From the NCBI GenBank assembly GCA_027923505.1, contig BROI01000023.1, positions 124,001-188,000 of the forward strand: DNA of 64,000 nucleotides, in the 5' to 3' direction. Shown one piece after another: positions 11,528 through 23,401 of this stretch (positions are counted from its first letter, which is position 1; each line of letters opens with the position of its first letter). The notes under the pieces were generated by a model. The model saw only the letters and a list, made by a program, of their open reading frames with translations. It did no database searches and was not told where the DNA came from. Position numbers and translations under genes: made by a program. Source of the stretch: Mayamaea pseudoterrestris (Eukaryota).

Positions 11528-13861
11528 TTACGTCGCTTCGGAGATGCGCGTGCATATACCAGCCAGAAAGTTCAAAGGATCAGCCTGCGCCCTGCTACCA
11601 TGCACTGCCAGGCTATCGTCGCGTACCCCATCGTTGGCCGCAAATCGAGCCTCATTGAATGGGTCGCGATAATCCAGCTGCATTTCGAATCCTTCCTCTT
11701 CCTCCTCCTCTATGTCGTCACTAGCGTTCCAACTGACTCCGCGACGTGGCGGTGTCATGACTGGTGCTCGAGGTAGAATTGGCTGCTGTGAATCAGGCGG
11801 TTGCTGCAGGTTTCGATAGGGAAAGACTCCTCGATCAATTGAACGACAAGGTTCAAAGGCATCCATAAGAGAGCATAGATCCTGGCAGTCTAGCTCAATG
11901 ATCTGCTGATAGGCGCATTTGATTTCGTCAACCACCAATGTACCATCTCGGTCAGTATCCCATTCTTCTCCGTCCAACCGCAGAAATGCTCGCGTCAAGA
12001 CCTGCAATAGTGCCAAAACAGTCTCAATGGTTCGTCGTAGCTGCAAGCCAAGCGTCGAAACGTAGCGGGGAGGTGAATGATGCGTCGTAATTGTCGTCGA
12101 TAGTGAGACATTGCTTGTCATGGGAGTGTGATCGTCAGGCGGCAGCGAAAAGACGGAGCTGTCTCCTCCCCGACGAACCATTTCAGGACTTTCTGGTGGA
12201 ATAATGCCAAGAGCCGGTCGAATGCCTTCCTTCAGTTGGTACATCTTGGTTGCCTTTTCCGCCATGGACATGTAGACAAGTTGTCGGCAGAACAGGAGGC
12301 TATCACGAAACATGTCGAAACTTTCTGGGCTATCAACATGTGCCTTATTTTCTGTCGGCAAATGTTCAGCGTCCACCTTTTGCAGCATGTCATTCAACTT
12401 ACGGACAATACTTGCGCGACTGTCCTTTGCGAATCCAGTCACCAAACCATCCTTATCAAGGCACGTCTTGGTGAACCAATTGCCGTACGAGGCCGACTCG
12501 CCAATCGCTTCGACTTGCGCGACAAGCTCCACGTCGTCCTGCAGTCGCTCCAATACGTGAGAAAACAAGTCTTCTAGTTGACGTCGTTCCTTGGCATTCA
12601 TTTCGGTCTTGCCATTGTCATTGTGTTCGCGACTTGCATCCACGCTGCCATCATCCACACTAATGGTTCGACTCCAAACAATATCATCGTGTTCCATATT
12701 GGCAGCAGCCGAGTAACTCATGGCACTCAAGTCGCGAGGATCAGTATCATCTTCGATGCTATTTTTGAATGCGAGAAGATAGTCTCCATGGTGATGACGC
12801 AAGACAACCTCCGTTCCGGTCGGCGGCGCATCGATAATTGGAGCAATGTCGTACATGTCGCTAGAATTATGAGGGTCAAGCAGCTTGGCGCGGGACGAAA
12901 ACGACGTGTCAAGGATAGCTGCAGATTCTGCTAATGGTGGTTGATGTTGCTGGCTACGGCCTTGCTGCTGCTGCTTGGCTGCTGCGAGGGATGATGGTGA
13001 CGCTACCATGGCACTGTCTTGGGTAGGACTGTGGGCTCTTTTCGAAACGTTGTTTCTTGGTGGTGAGTTGAGAGGTTGGTACGGCATGAAAGGTTGCTGC
13101 ATGTTGCGTTGATAACGAGTTGGCAAGACGTTTGATTGTGAGGGAGGAGGGACGTACGGTGCCCGAAAGTGGTCATCGTCCTGTTGAAGATCAAACGTTG
13201 GAGTATCAAGCGGATAAAATGTTGGCGGCGGAAGAATGCTCATGCTCATAGCTTTTGACCTTGCAAGTGGCTGATCCGTCTTGGCATTAAATGGCTTGGA
13301 GTAATCTAGCGCAACTGCTTGCTGCTTGTATTGTTGTTGAGCAACTAGGGCACCAACTGCAGTTCGGGCTCGTCCCGGAACCAGATTCGGAGAGGTTGCG
13401 ACGTCATCCGCCGACCAAGACGCGTAGAAACTTGAAGTTGATATCGGAGGAGATGAAATTGTACCTTGTAGCGACCAGCTGCTCGAAATTCGTCTTGATG
13501 GGGCTAATTGTTGACTGTCATGAACAGCAGTTTCGAGCGTATTCGGTCGATTATTTGTTGAAGTGCTCAATGGATGACTAGCTTTCCTTGCTCCAGTCAA
13601 GAACTCCTCTGGCAGCGACAAGCGTCTTCGAATCTGTTGAAATGATTGTCGAGGCTTTAAGCCTTCTGGAGTCGAGGGCGCGTGTATGGCTGGAACGACA
13701 ATGACAGCAGCAGCATCGTCGTCCCCATATGTTTCACTCGTGCTTGCCGTCACCAAGGGAGGCACTTGACTACTTGACGAATCAGATGAGGAAATGGACG
13801 GAACCATTGAATGCGATGATGCTTGTCGTTTCCAGACAAAGGAGAGGAGGTTGAGCGACAT
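11528..13861 (-). CDS. Large hypothetical protein with a disordered N-half and helical C-half
   Basis: Uninterrupted ORF of about 780 aa; first ATG at 13861. Confidence 0.7.
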   Translation of the reverse strand: MSLNLLSFVWKRQASSHSMVPSISSSDSSSSQVPPLVTASTSETYGDDDAAAVIVVPAIHAPSTPEGLKPRQSFQQIRRRLSLPEEFLTGARKASHPLSTSTNNRPNTLETAVHDSQQLAPSRRISSSWSLQGTISSPPISTSSFYASWSADDVATSPNLVPGRARTAVGALVAQQQYKQQAVALDYSKPFNAKTDQPLARSKAMSMSILPPPTFYPLDTPTFDLQQDDDHFRAPYVPPPSQSNVLPTRYQRNMQQPFMPYQPLNSPPRNNVSKRAHSPTQDSAMVASPSSLAAAKQQQQGRSQQHQPPLAESAAILDTSFSSRAKLLDPHNSSDMYDIAPIIDAPPTGTEVVLRHHHGDYLLAFKNSIEDDTDPRDLSAMSYSAAANMEHDDIVWSRTISVDDGSVDASREHNDNGKTEMNAKERRQLEDLFSHVLERLQDDVELVAQVEAIGESASYGNWFTKTCLDKDGLVTGFAKDSRASIVRKLNDMLQKVDAEHLPTENKAHVDSPESFDMFRDSLLFCRQLVYMSMAEKATKMYQLKEGIRPALGIIPPESPEMVRRGGDSSVFSLPPDDHTPMTSNVSLSTTITTHHSPPRYVSTLGLQLRRTIETVLALLQVLTRAFLRLDGEEWDTDRDGTLVVDEIKCAYQQIIELDCQDLCSLMDAFEPCRSIDRGVFPYRNLQQPPDSQQPILPRAPVMTPPRRGVSWNASDDIEEEEEEGFEMQLDYRDPFNEARFAANDGVRDDSLAVHGSRAQADPLNFLAGICTRISEAT

Positions 13862-15768
13862 GTTAAAGGAGTTGCTTGCAGGTTGATTGTCGATGGGATG
13901 CAATGATATGACAGGCGATGCTTAGTTGTTCACTCGCGTAGGATTCAGGGTTTCAATCGACTGCAATTTGACAGCACTTGGAGACGATGTGAGTCGAGGT
14001 CGAGTCCGACTACGTAGTCCGGCACCTCTATCTATGATTCCCAATGTTTCAATACTCCCATTGCCGGGAGAGGAATTTTGCGAGCGATGAAGGTGCGGCT
14101 GATTTTGAATTAGCCGTTACGACTTTCATGCCTAACTACAAAACGTGTTCAATCGTGATGAGACAGAATGATAGTCTGACCGGTTCTCAGGTTGCCGCAA
14201 GCTGGACCATGAGATATTGCCGTCGCCTGCGTCTTTCCTTACTCATTTATTTGCTAACCATCATCATGTCTCTCATTATGCGCTCGGTCGCGCAAAACAC
14301 TAGCCTAGCGTCATTGGCTATGAGATCTCAAACCTTTGTCTCTCAATCAATGTTTAAAAATCGACGGATCATGATTGCGACCAACAACAGCGTGACATTT
14401 GGATTTCCTTTCTTGAACATGATACCATGTCAAGCGACTGCAACATCATCTCTAGCATCAATTAAACTACTGCCATCACTCTTCGACATAACTGTTTGGT
14501 GGATCAAACGAACGTTTCAGCCATCCATTATTCGTAAGAAGCGCAAGACTGGTTTCTTGGTGAGGCAGCGGACCGTCGGAGGAAGGCGGACGCTCAATCG
14601 ACGCAGACACAAGGGTCGCATGCGATTGGGAGGTGGTATTTGATCTTCAAGTGCTCATCCTAAATGATTGAAAGAGTTGGAATATCTGGAGATGATGAGA
14701 TGGAAAGGATAATTGCATGTAGTGATGGAACGAACAGCGAACAGTGCGTCTGAAGCTTATTTTCACAGCACGAATATATTATTCAATAGCAACTAGATTA
14801 TAGGCCTGCTGGCTTCATATTATTACAGTATCGTCGCTGAAAACATGCAAACTGCTCGCTGCAGACAAACTTGAGGTACTCGTGAGCTTGTAAACAACTC
14901 GTCAGAGGCAGTAGAGGATGCCGAACTGATAGTCGACAAGAATGTCGATCATCCATAAAAGCCGATACCGCTTTGCAATTAATTACCATCGTGACTCATC
15001 CTCTCCTGATTTTCGTCAACAATATTGGTGTTAAGCGTGTAGCCAATGTTAAAGACCAATTGATGCAAGCATTCCTCGACTATGCACGCATCCAATTCAA
15101 GTTGCGCATGTTCAACGCATCGTCCAAAGCTGCCAAACAGATCTCCACTTCGTCTCACGAATTAATCGTCAGATGTACCATGTAAGTGACCACGCAGTAT
15201 CAGTTTGGATCACAAGGCGAGCATAGCGTTGTTGTTGTCGTCGTCGTCCCAAGTCAAGCTCCGCAACAAAAACTCCTTTCTTTCCAAAATAGTTCTTCGC
15301 CAAATGCAAACGATGTAGTGTTGTCATTCGACCTCTTTCTCCGTCGAATAAGAGGCATAATCTTGGTGTCCTTGGTCGGTGCGACAGAAGCATTTGCGAG
15401 TCGTTGCAGGAAATGTTGCTTCCTTCTCAGCATTGTCGTTACTACTTTCAACTGCACTGTCCTCCAAATTCTTGCGCTCACGTCCCCTTTGCTAGGTTGC
15501 TGTAGATTGATTTCATTCGTCTTTTGTTTCAGCTTCTGCTATCGCTTGCATTTCGTTCCTGCTGCGAGGATGAAACAAATATTGATGGCTCAAGTTCTTG
15601 TTGGTTTTCATCCTCATTATTTTGCGGCTCTTGACTCATTGTCATTCAGCGACTGCGACCATAACCGAGGGCATGAAGATCTTCCATGCTGCATATTCGC
15701 TTCGAATAACATGGAGGTACCGTATTGGTGTTGAAGCTTGCTGACTTGCACGGTCGTCCGCCATGGTC

Positions 15769-15960
15769 AACGAGTGCCAGTGGTAAACTTCACAAGGCAA
15801 TAGTACGAAACGAGTGCCAGTGTCAATTACGTCATTAGGCAATAGTATGAAACGATTGCCAGTGAAAACTGCGTCATAAGGCTGTAGTAAGAAACGATTG
15901 CCAGTGAAAACTGCGTCAGAAGGCAATATTATGAAACGAGTGCCAGTGTCAATTACGTCA
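15769..15960 (-). repeat. Second cluster of the same 42-bp minisatellite in inverted orientation, about 4.6 copies
   Basis: CGA(G/T)TGCCAGTG at 15771, 15811, 15853, 15895 and 15937; reverse complement of the 9649-9824 unit. Confidence 0.93.
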
Positions 15961-16106
15961 TTCTTTCATTCCCGCTTGCTGGAATGGATCGTCGCGAACA
16001 ACCACACACCTCGAGCCGTTTCTCTCGTCGCATCATTCTCTTTGCTCCAACACAATTTTCTATATACTCGCTACTCTCTTTTACAGTACCTTCGTCTATT
16101 AAATAC

Positions 16107-19100
16107 ATGGCATCCAGCATGTGGTCCGCTCTGGAGGGTCAAATGACGGCTGCCATGGGTCATCCAATCAGCACTAGCAGCAGTGCGATTGCTTCATCAA
16201 CGCCTGCATCAGCACCAGCTTCCTTCATTGATCCAAACCGCTACTTGCACCAGCAACTTGCATCCGCTCTATCAACGTTTGGAGGAGACGCTCAGTATTG
16301 GGACGAGTCAATCAGTCCAGCCAGTATTCGCGAAACGCTGAGCAAGGCTGATCCAAATAATATCGATTCCGCCTCCGATTTACTCCGCCCCATGAAATGG
16401 CTGCTCGCCTGCATTAGCAAGGGCCGCAACGTGAGTGACTACTTTATGCTCGTCGTCAAGCTGGTTGGGTGCAAGTCACTGGAGGTTCGCATTCTGGTGT
16501 ACACGTACTTGGTGCAGTACGCTGACTACGACGCTTCGACGCGTGAGCTTTCACTACTCAGCATCAACGCCTTTCAAAAGGGACTCGCCGATCGATCGGA
16601 TCGCATTCGCGCCATGGCGCTTCGAGTCTTGACGAGTGTTCGATTGTCCGATATACTGCAGATTCAAATACTGGCAGTGCAAAAGTGTACGCGCGATGAA
16701 AGTCCGTACGTGCGCAAGTGTGCGGCGACTGCTGTGGGAAAATTGGCCGAGCGATGCGCACGCGACAATGAACAGTTGACGCTGCTGACGGAACTGGTAC
16801 ATCAGCTACTGGCATCGGATACGTGCTGCATGGTACTCACTTCGGCTGTGGCGGCGCTGGAGGAAGTTTGGAAACATAGTGCTACCGGCGGTGGAGATGA
16901 CAAATTAACGTTGCAAAAGGAACAACTTTCTGGATTGCATTCATCCTATCGCAAGCTTTGTCACTTGCTCACAGACATGGACGAATGGGGGCAAGTCATT
17001 GTGTTGGATGTACTGCAAAGATATGCGCGATGCTTCTTTTGCAAGCCACCGAATGTTGGAACGGCCGAACGCTTGGACCGACAGCGACGGGTGAGAAGGC
17101 TGGTGCATGGATTGGAGCAACCAGTATATACCAAGAATGGCGCTGTTGGCGATGATGATAATAAAAATGGAGGATCAAGCATTGCGACTGCTGCGTCTTC
17201 AACGTCTACGGACGTGTTTGGCGATGTAACAATGAATAAAAACTCCGCCGTGTCAGCTGCAACCAGTGCACTGCCACCACATCCGAACGCAAATGGTCCT
17301 CGCAAAGTCAAGCGTAAGGTAGTCAAAAAGGGGTTTTATAGCGACGAGGAAGACTCATCCACTGAGGAGGAAGTGTATGAGGACCCAGTCTCAGGGCAAG
17401 CATTGCCAATGTCAACGGCGTTTCGGGAACCAGTCGCATTGAACACGCACATATCAGTCTTTCGAGATAATGCAACTACAGGAGACAATGGTAATAACAA
17501 CAATCAACAACAATCAGCATCGGCGTTACTTTCTGATAGTGAAGACTCTCAGCTCGACTCAGACCATCGCCTTTTGCTACATTCGGCCATGCCATTGTTG
17601 AAGTCGCGCAACGCTGGCGTTGTCTTAGCCGTTTGTAGTCTTTTGTATTACTGCGGTGTCGCCAGCGTTTACGTGAGGGCCAGCATGGGGCGAGCGTTGG
17701 TTCGCATACACCGCGACAAGCGAGAGATTCAACACGTTGTGCTTGCGTCCATTCGCATGCTAGCGCGAGAATGTCCGTCGGCTTTTGGTCCATTCCTTCC
17801 CGACTTTTTCGTCAAGGCCATGGATCCGCCTTTTACACGCATTGTAAAGCTTGATATATTGACAAGTTTGGCGTTGGACCCGAAGACAATTCAAGTTGTG
17901 CTGGAGGAATTGCGAATACATGTTCACGACGCTGATGTCGAGTTTGCCTGTGCCGCGATTCGCGCTGTCGGACGAGTCGTTGAAACGGCTCGAATAGTCC
18001 ATGATCGGCGAGGTCAGCAGACGCAGCAAATGGTGCCGGAGCGAGCGGCTGCCAATCTAGTGGCGTTAAACGCCCTCTTTGGACTTGTCACGTGTACTCG
18101 AACGAGCCGGATCAAGGCTGTTGTCGGTGAATGTGTTGTGACAATGCAGTTGATTCTGCAATTGCTTTGGAGCGACGCAGGTGACCATGGGGAATTACTG
18201 CATATCAATGATCCAAATCACATTCAAGCGCTTGCCTGCAAGAGAATACTGTTGCTCTTGGTCAGTACTTTGTCGCAACGAGTGAACATTGACAAGGTTG
18301 ATGCAGCAATAAATAATGAGATAAATATCGATGAAGATGGTGGAGCAGGCTGCGAGCTGAGTAAGCTGGAAAATATAACTTCTTCGCTACCGTCGCAAGC
18401 TGTAGCGTCCGCCTTGTGGATCATAGGCGAAGCGTTGACGACGGTTTTTGATAATATATCATTTGTCGTTGAAACGCATCGATCTCAAATTTGTTCAGAG
18501 TTGGCGCGCCTTATTGTGCGAGCCTTTTTGGAGCTCAAATCGGAAGAGAAAGAGCAAGGCATACACCTGGCATGCAAGTTGTTGGTGTATAAAGCTATGG
18601 GAACGACGACTTCCAGGCCGGACGAAGGTCCGCTCTGTGAACAAATTCTTGCAATGGGCCGAATCGATATGCAACCAGACATTCGCGACCGTGCTAGATT
18701 TGTGAGTGCGCTGGTGCAAACTATGATTGGCTTCAATCATGATTCGGAAGGCTGCATTGAGCCACCAACTTTGCAGCGGTCATTAAGGATCGCTGATGCT
18801 GAAAGTATATTCATTAAGGCGAAAAACGCGCCCTCGTTACTTCCACTGGTGGAAGAAAAACAGGAAGCTTTGCGCTTTGGTACGTTGAGCAGTTTAGTTG
18901 GACACCGAGCGAGAGCTTACGTGAATCTGCCACCGTGGGCGACCGAAAACAGTTCCAGCGACTTGCGAGAGGCATCAAAGCCGAATCAATCAATAGCAGC
19001 AATAGTGAATAGAAGTGATCGACGAAAGGATAGCAACGGGCAATTTTACGACTCGAGTGACAGCGATAGCGACTCGTCATCAAGTTCGTCTAGTACTAAC

Positions 19101-20279
19101 AAGCATAGTTCTGACGATAGTGGCTTAAACAATGAAGACGAACACACGAAGGAGCAGCCACAATCCGTTCATGCCGACTTGACGCAGCTACAACCACAAC
19201 GACGTCAGGTTTTCCAGGCAGCACCGGAAATGCAGTTAGATAGAGCTGTCATGGCTCGACCGAGTTTGACAGCATTTGAAGATCGACATGGAGTTGAGGG
19301 AAGCTCGGAATCTGATTTAAATTCGTCATCATCCTCAGCCTCGTCGAGTAGCAGTGACCAATTCGCGGCAATGGATACTGCGCATACGGCGACAGGGCGA
19401 GAATCTGCAACTATGGATTTTATCTCGAGCGAAACACCAGGTTTACTTCAACCGGATGGGGACCGAAACGGCTCCTACATAGCAGATGATTTCAAAGGCA
19501 TGACACTAGCAACTCCTTCGAATGCCAACACGAGCACGTTGACGGAGCGCGAGACGAGCGACTGGACTTTACTAGTGCGGCCGGAGCATGCCAGCGGAGT
19601 CAGCGTCGAATCTCGTTACTTACGGGGTGAATTAAAGTGCAGAGAAGCATTGGTGCTTGGACTGAATGACGGATCGAGTCTGATTTGTCTCCAGATTCGA
19701 TTTAAAAACAAGAAGAGCTCAGGTACTTGCCGCAGCCTTCGCATCCAACAGAAAACAAATGCTAGCTCAACCACCGTGATTGGACCTCGTCGAGTTGTTC
19801 CGCCGCCCGAAATATTAGAATTGGCAGCCGGCGCTACAGAGACTGTCGTTGTCGCCATTCAGTTCGCCAGCATCTCCGACCGAGAAGGAGCTCTGCAAGC
19901 CAAGCTTGATTTTGGCTCCAGCACAGGGGCGGTTCCTCTTGTCATCAAGCCCCGACTCGGCGATCTTTTGCTGCCATGCAGGAATATAAACGCAGAGAGC
20001 TTTGACGCTGCGTTATCGCGACTTCAAGGTTTCCAGCGCGTCGAGTCAAAGTTGTCAAACCAAGATGTTGCGTTGGCGGCGGAGCGTTTGATGGGATCTC
20101 TGGCTCTGATTGCCCTTGCATGTAATGACCAGTCTCATAGATTCATGGGGACACTGCCAGCCTCGTCGGACCCAGTGTATATCCTGCTGTCGGAGGAAAA
20201 GCTGATTGTCTGCTGCGATCACGCTATGGCGGCGAATAACATCATGAACCACGCCAAACAAGCATTGCGAGGCATTTAG
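16107..20279 (+). CDS. AP3B: AP-3 adaptor complex beta subunit
   Basis: Adaptin N motifs (SKGRNVSDYF, LLSINAFQKGL, RAMALRVL, DESPYVRKCAA, DMDEWGQ, DHRLLL..PLLKSRNAGVV, DIRDRARF, GTLSSLVGH), an acidic Ser-rich hinge and an ear domain. Confidence 0.93.
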   Translation: MASSMWSALEGQMTAAMGHPISTSSSAIASSTPASAPASFIDPNRYLHQQLASALSTFGGDAQYWDESISPASIRETLSKADPNNIDSASDLLRPMKWLLACISKGRNVSDYFMLVVKLVGCKSLEVRILVYTYLVQYADYDASTRELSLLSINAFQKGLADRSDRIRAMALRVLTSVRLSDILQIQILAVQKCTRDESPYVRKCAATAVGKLAERCARDNEQLTLLTELVHQLLASDTCCMVLTSAVAALEEVWKHSATGGGDDKLTLQKEQLSGLHSSYRKLCHLLTDMDEWGQVIVLDVLQRYARCFFCKPPNVGTAERLDRQRRVRRLVHGLEQPVYTKNGAVGDDDNKNGGSSIATAASSTSTDVFGDVTMNKNSAVSAATSALPPHPNANGPRKVKRKVVKKGFYSDEEDSSTEEEVYEDPVSGQALPMSTAFREPVALNTHISVFRDNATTGDNGNNNNQQQSASALLSDSEDSQLDSDHRLLLHSAMPLLKSRNAGVVLAVCSLLYYCGVASVYVRASMGRALVRIHRDKREIQHVVLASIRMLARECPSAFGPFLPDFFVKAMDPPFTRIVKLDILTSLALDPKTIQVVLEELRIHVHDADVEFACAAIRAVGRVVETARIVHDRRGQQTQQMVPERAAANLVALNALFGLVTCTRTSRIKAVVGECVVTMQLILQLLWSDAGDHGELLHINDPNHIQALACKRILLLLVSTLSQRVNIDKVDAAINNEINIDEDGGAGCELSKLENITSSLPSQAVASALWIIGEALTTVFDNISFVVETHRSQICSELARLIVRAFLELKSEEKEQGIHLACKLLVYKAMGTTTSRPDEGPLCEQILAMGRIDMQPDIRDRARFVSALVQTMIGFNHDSEGCIEPPTLQRSLRIADAESIFIKAKNAPSLLPLVEEKQEALRFGTLSSLVGHRARAYVNLPPWATENSSSDLREASKPNQSIAAIVNRSDRRKDSNGQFYDSSDSDSDSSSSSSSTNKHSSDDSGLNNEDEHTKEQPQSVHADLTQLQPQRRQVFQAAPEMQLDRAVMARPSLTAFEDRHGVEGSSESDLNSSSSSASSSSSDQFAAMDTAHTATGRESATMDFISSETPGLLQPDGDRNGSYIADDFKGMTLATPSNANTSTLTERETSDWTLLVRPEHASGVSVESRYLRGELKCREALVLGLNDGSSLICLQIRFKNKKSSGTCRSLRIQQKTNASSTTVIGPRRVVPPPEILELAAGATETVVVAIQFASISDREGALQAKLDFGSSTGAVPLVIKPRLGDLLLPCRNINAESFDAALSRLQGFQRVESKLSNQDVALAAERLMGSLALIALACNDQSHRFMGTLPASSDPVYILLSEEKLIVCCDHAMAANNIMNHAKQALRGI

Positions 20280-20370
20280 GCTATGATGCGGAAGGACACT
20301 CTTAAAGTCAAATAACTGATTATCAGACGATAGTACTCATGGATAAACATATCTAAATGTACATTAAAAA

Positions 20371-21495
20371 TCATTCATATTTATTCCAAAAAGTTTTCAC
20401 TTCTCTGATCGCCAGCTTCAATTCAGGGTCCCTCTGATGCATAAAAGCAAGGCTTTTGTTTAAAGTGGCCGCCGCAGCACATACGATGGTGTCGTTTGCT
20501 TTCCCAACCTTTTCCGCTTGTTTCGTCTGCATTACCATAAGTTTTAACATAAACAGTGTCCCTTGTTCAACATTCAACTTGAGCACAACTGCCTCATCAC
20601 CAAAGATGCTTGTGTGACTTCGCGACAAAGCTTCCATGCAACGCTCCTGCAAGCTCGTGAGTGCCAACCTCTCCTCGCCCATTTCACCGAGCAGTTCTGC
20701 TTCCATTTTTAACAACGGCAATGCCGCGTTCTTGTGAATACGCGGGATGTACGCAACACCCGTCAATTCCCGAAACTTCAAAAGATCAAGTTTATGGACC
20801 CGACAAATATGACGGACAAGGCAACTGGTACCAAGGCTCGACCTTTCGTCCTTGCCGCAATTATCTGGCACCTTGAACCAAAACTCGATGTCCGTCGCAA
20901 CGTCGAAAGAGTCATTCCACTCAACTGCGTCCGAAATGTTGCTGATACAGAAGTCCATGACCATCTCTTGAACCCTTGAACACTGCACAGTGCATGCATG
21001 GTGATGGTAAGCGTAACAGTTTCCTCAAGAAATGTTTGCCTTAAAATATTTAACGACCTCCTGGCAAAGCGAAGGCACGTTGAAATACTGCCCAAGAGCA
21101 TCCAAAACCGACGCTGTTTCAACAGTAATGTTGAAAGACTTTTTCGAAACATCTCGGTAGATGAAATCCAGCATGTCCGGAAAAGCATCGGCCACAAACT
21201 TTTCAAGCTCAATTGAACTTGTTCGTTCCGACCGCTCCTTGAACTCTTCGTCGCTTCGACAGGCAGTCTTGAAATAGCCACTCTTGTACGGCCCCAAAGT
21301 GAGAATTCACCGATGAACATGATATTCTTCGATGGAATCAGGAGCATCCTTCGTGCTTACTCGAATCGTCCAGTCGCTGTAGCTCACACTTGGATCGAGC
21401 CGCCAGTCGAGGAGCTCGCCTGGGCACTCGTCCTCTTCATCCGAGTACACTTCAACACCCGGCTGCTCTGTAGCTTCAGCTTCTTCCATTGTCAT
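20371..21495 (-). pseudogene. BTB/POZ-domain gene of a diatom-expanded family, interrupted by two in-frame TGA codons
   Basis: LDWRLDPSVSYSDWTI..YHVHR*ILTLGPYKSGYF..AFPDMLDFIY..NIS*GNCYAY..LQERCMEAL. The three listed ORFs share one frame. Confidence 0.8.
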
Positions 21496-22091
21496 GGCAG
21501 TGTCGACAAGTCAATGAGATAGACGTGTACAAGTATGATTCTGCGATGGCAGAGCAATTCTTCTTTCGTCGGCTGCGTGGCAGATTTTGGATTGCACAAA
21601 GATCCTATGCCGTTGCGACACGAAACATTGTTAGTCTACTCGGCCCGGCAACTATCATTCACTGTCAATCGCCATGTTCCCATTCCCATCACCCACGACG
21701 TTATGAGACGGAGCGGAAGGCGAAGACTTGCGGAAGTTGCAAAGCAAGTAAGGTGCACGAATGCTCCATACATAAAATGCAGTACCTGCATGTGCGTCAC
21801 GACTCTGGGGCACCATTATTATTTGCTGAGTGCTGAATTTGCCGACCAACATAGACATACTGCAATGCCAAACTGGCGACGGTGACCCACCGATACCAAC
21901 TCCATATGTCAATAGATAGATATATGCGATAGAGGCTTAGCGATTCAAATATTAGCTATGTCATGCCTATGCAAATTCTCAAAATTTAAGAATCCCAAAC
22001 CGAGCGGTCAAAACCGACGCGACCATGGACGCATCATTCATCCTATCGGTACGAGCAACATCACGACTCCATTTCGCAATTCCCGCTACCC

Positions 22092-23252
22092 TTGATTATG
22101 CTCGTCCTTTCCTCAATTGCTCGGTTGCTGAGTCGTAGTTCGACCGTCTTGTTCGGCGCTCTGCATTTTGCGGCGGCGCCGACCAAAGTCTCATTGATTG
22201 CAACCCGTCGTCTAGGCAAGGCTCCCTATGGAAACGCAAGTCTATCGACCAAGCCGTCATCCAGTCTTCTTTCTAAACCTGTCAACTACATGCGCGTCGC
22301 TGCGTTCTCAACCAAAAAGGCCAAGGGCGGCCACAATTCAGCGAATCGGGAGAAAGGACATCGCCTGCCATGCATCAGCCGAATGTTGCACCACAAGAAT
22401 TATCGCAAACTCGGCAACACGAAGGCAGGCTCGCAGCAACTTGACAAAGCAAAACTACTGCGAAACGGTCCGAAATCAATTCAGCATCAGAATGGTTGCT
22501 TAAAAATGGCAGCACCGCATGTCCGAAGCAAGCCGACAGCCGAGCCAGTCTTGTCTGCAAACCAACGGTTTCAAGTTGCAAACATTCAAGTTCGGTTACT
22601 TTTGTCACAATTTCCCACCAAGGTCCTATTGACTCGCACCCAGCGCGACTTGACGACGCAAATAATCAAGCGCATCCTCGACGCACTCGCATCAAGTGTA
22701 TCGTTCACTCGCAGCTTGAGTTCCTTCCAATCTGGTCTTTCGAACGTAATTATAACCAGTATGTCCACCAAGTCACGCTTGAATCAGTCGCCAGCCCACT
22801 GTTCCAAGACGAAGAAGACTGAAAAAGCTTTAAAAACGAGCTCCAAACGCGATAAGTTACGCGGTCCAGCAATTGCCAAGGAGCCCGAGGTCAAGCAGCC
22901 GAGCCAGACCAGTCTTGGCAACTGTTATTTGCATAGACGCTACGTCTTTGATCTTGAAACTGGTTTCCACGGTCGACTGGTCAAGGCGACTAAAACCGTC
23001 TACCATGGTCGCGACGCAGTTGGTGACTTTTCGGGCCGTATCGAAAACGTTGTCATGTTCGATATTCCAACCAAAATTTCAGTCTTTCATCATCAGTTAC
23101 TCTACAAGTTGATCTGCAAGCTTCTCCTCTGCCAGTCGTTGCTCTCCGGTCGGTTCAGCTTGCCCTTGCGCAAAGGTTTTCACGACTTGGCCAAGGCTCG
23201 TCGTTCCCTGACCGATTATCTCTCCGCACTCTATCGATCGCCATCAAAGTAG
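22092..23252 (+). CDS. Hypothetical basic protein
   Basis: 386-codon ORF with no recognisable domain. Confidence 0.35.
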   Translation: MIMLVLSSIARLLSRSSTVLFGALHFAAAPTKVSLIATRRLGKAPYGNASLSTKPSSSLLSKPVNYMRVAAFSTKKAKGGHNSANREKGHRLPCISRMLHHKNYRKLGNTKAGSQQLDKAKLLRNGPKSIQHQNGCLKMAAPHVRSKPTAEPVLSANQRFQVANIQVRLLLSQFPTKVLLTRTQRDLTTQIIKRILDALASSVSFTRSLSSFQSGLSNVIITSMSTKSRLNQSPAHCSKTKKTEKALKTSSKRDKLRGPAIAKEPEVKQPSQTSLGNCYLHRRYVFDLETGFHGRLVKATKTVYHGRDAVGDFSGRIENVVMFDIPTKISVFHHQLLYKLICKLLLCQSLLSGRFSLPLRKGFHDLAKARRSLTDYLSALYRSPSK

Positions 23253-23401
23253 ATTAAACGAAAGGTTCTCTAGCATCAAAGTTCATCGTATGGTACGTTC
23301 GTTTACAACTATGGCGTAGCCATGGTCCTTAACAATGAAGGAGAATCGACGATACGTATCAACGGATCGAGTTGTTTCCATCATCGTTCCGTCGTGCAAC
23401 A

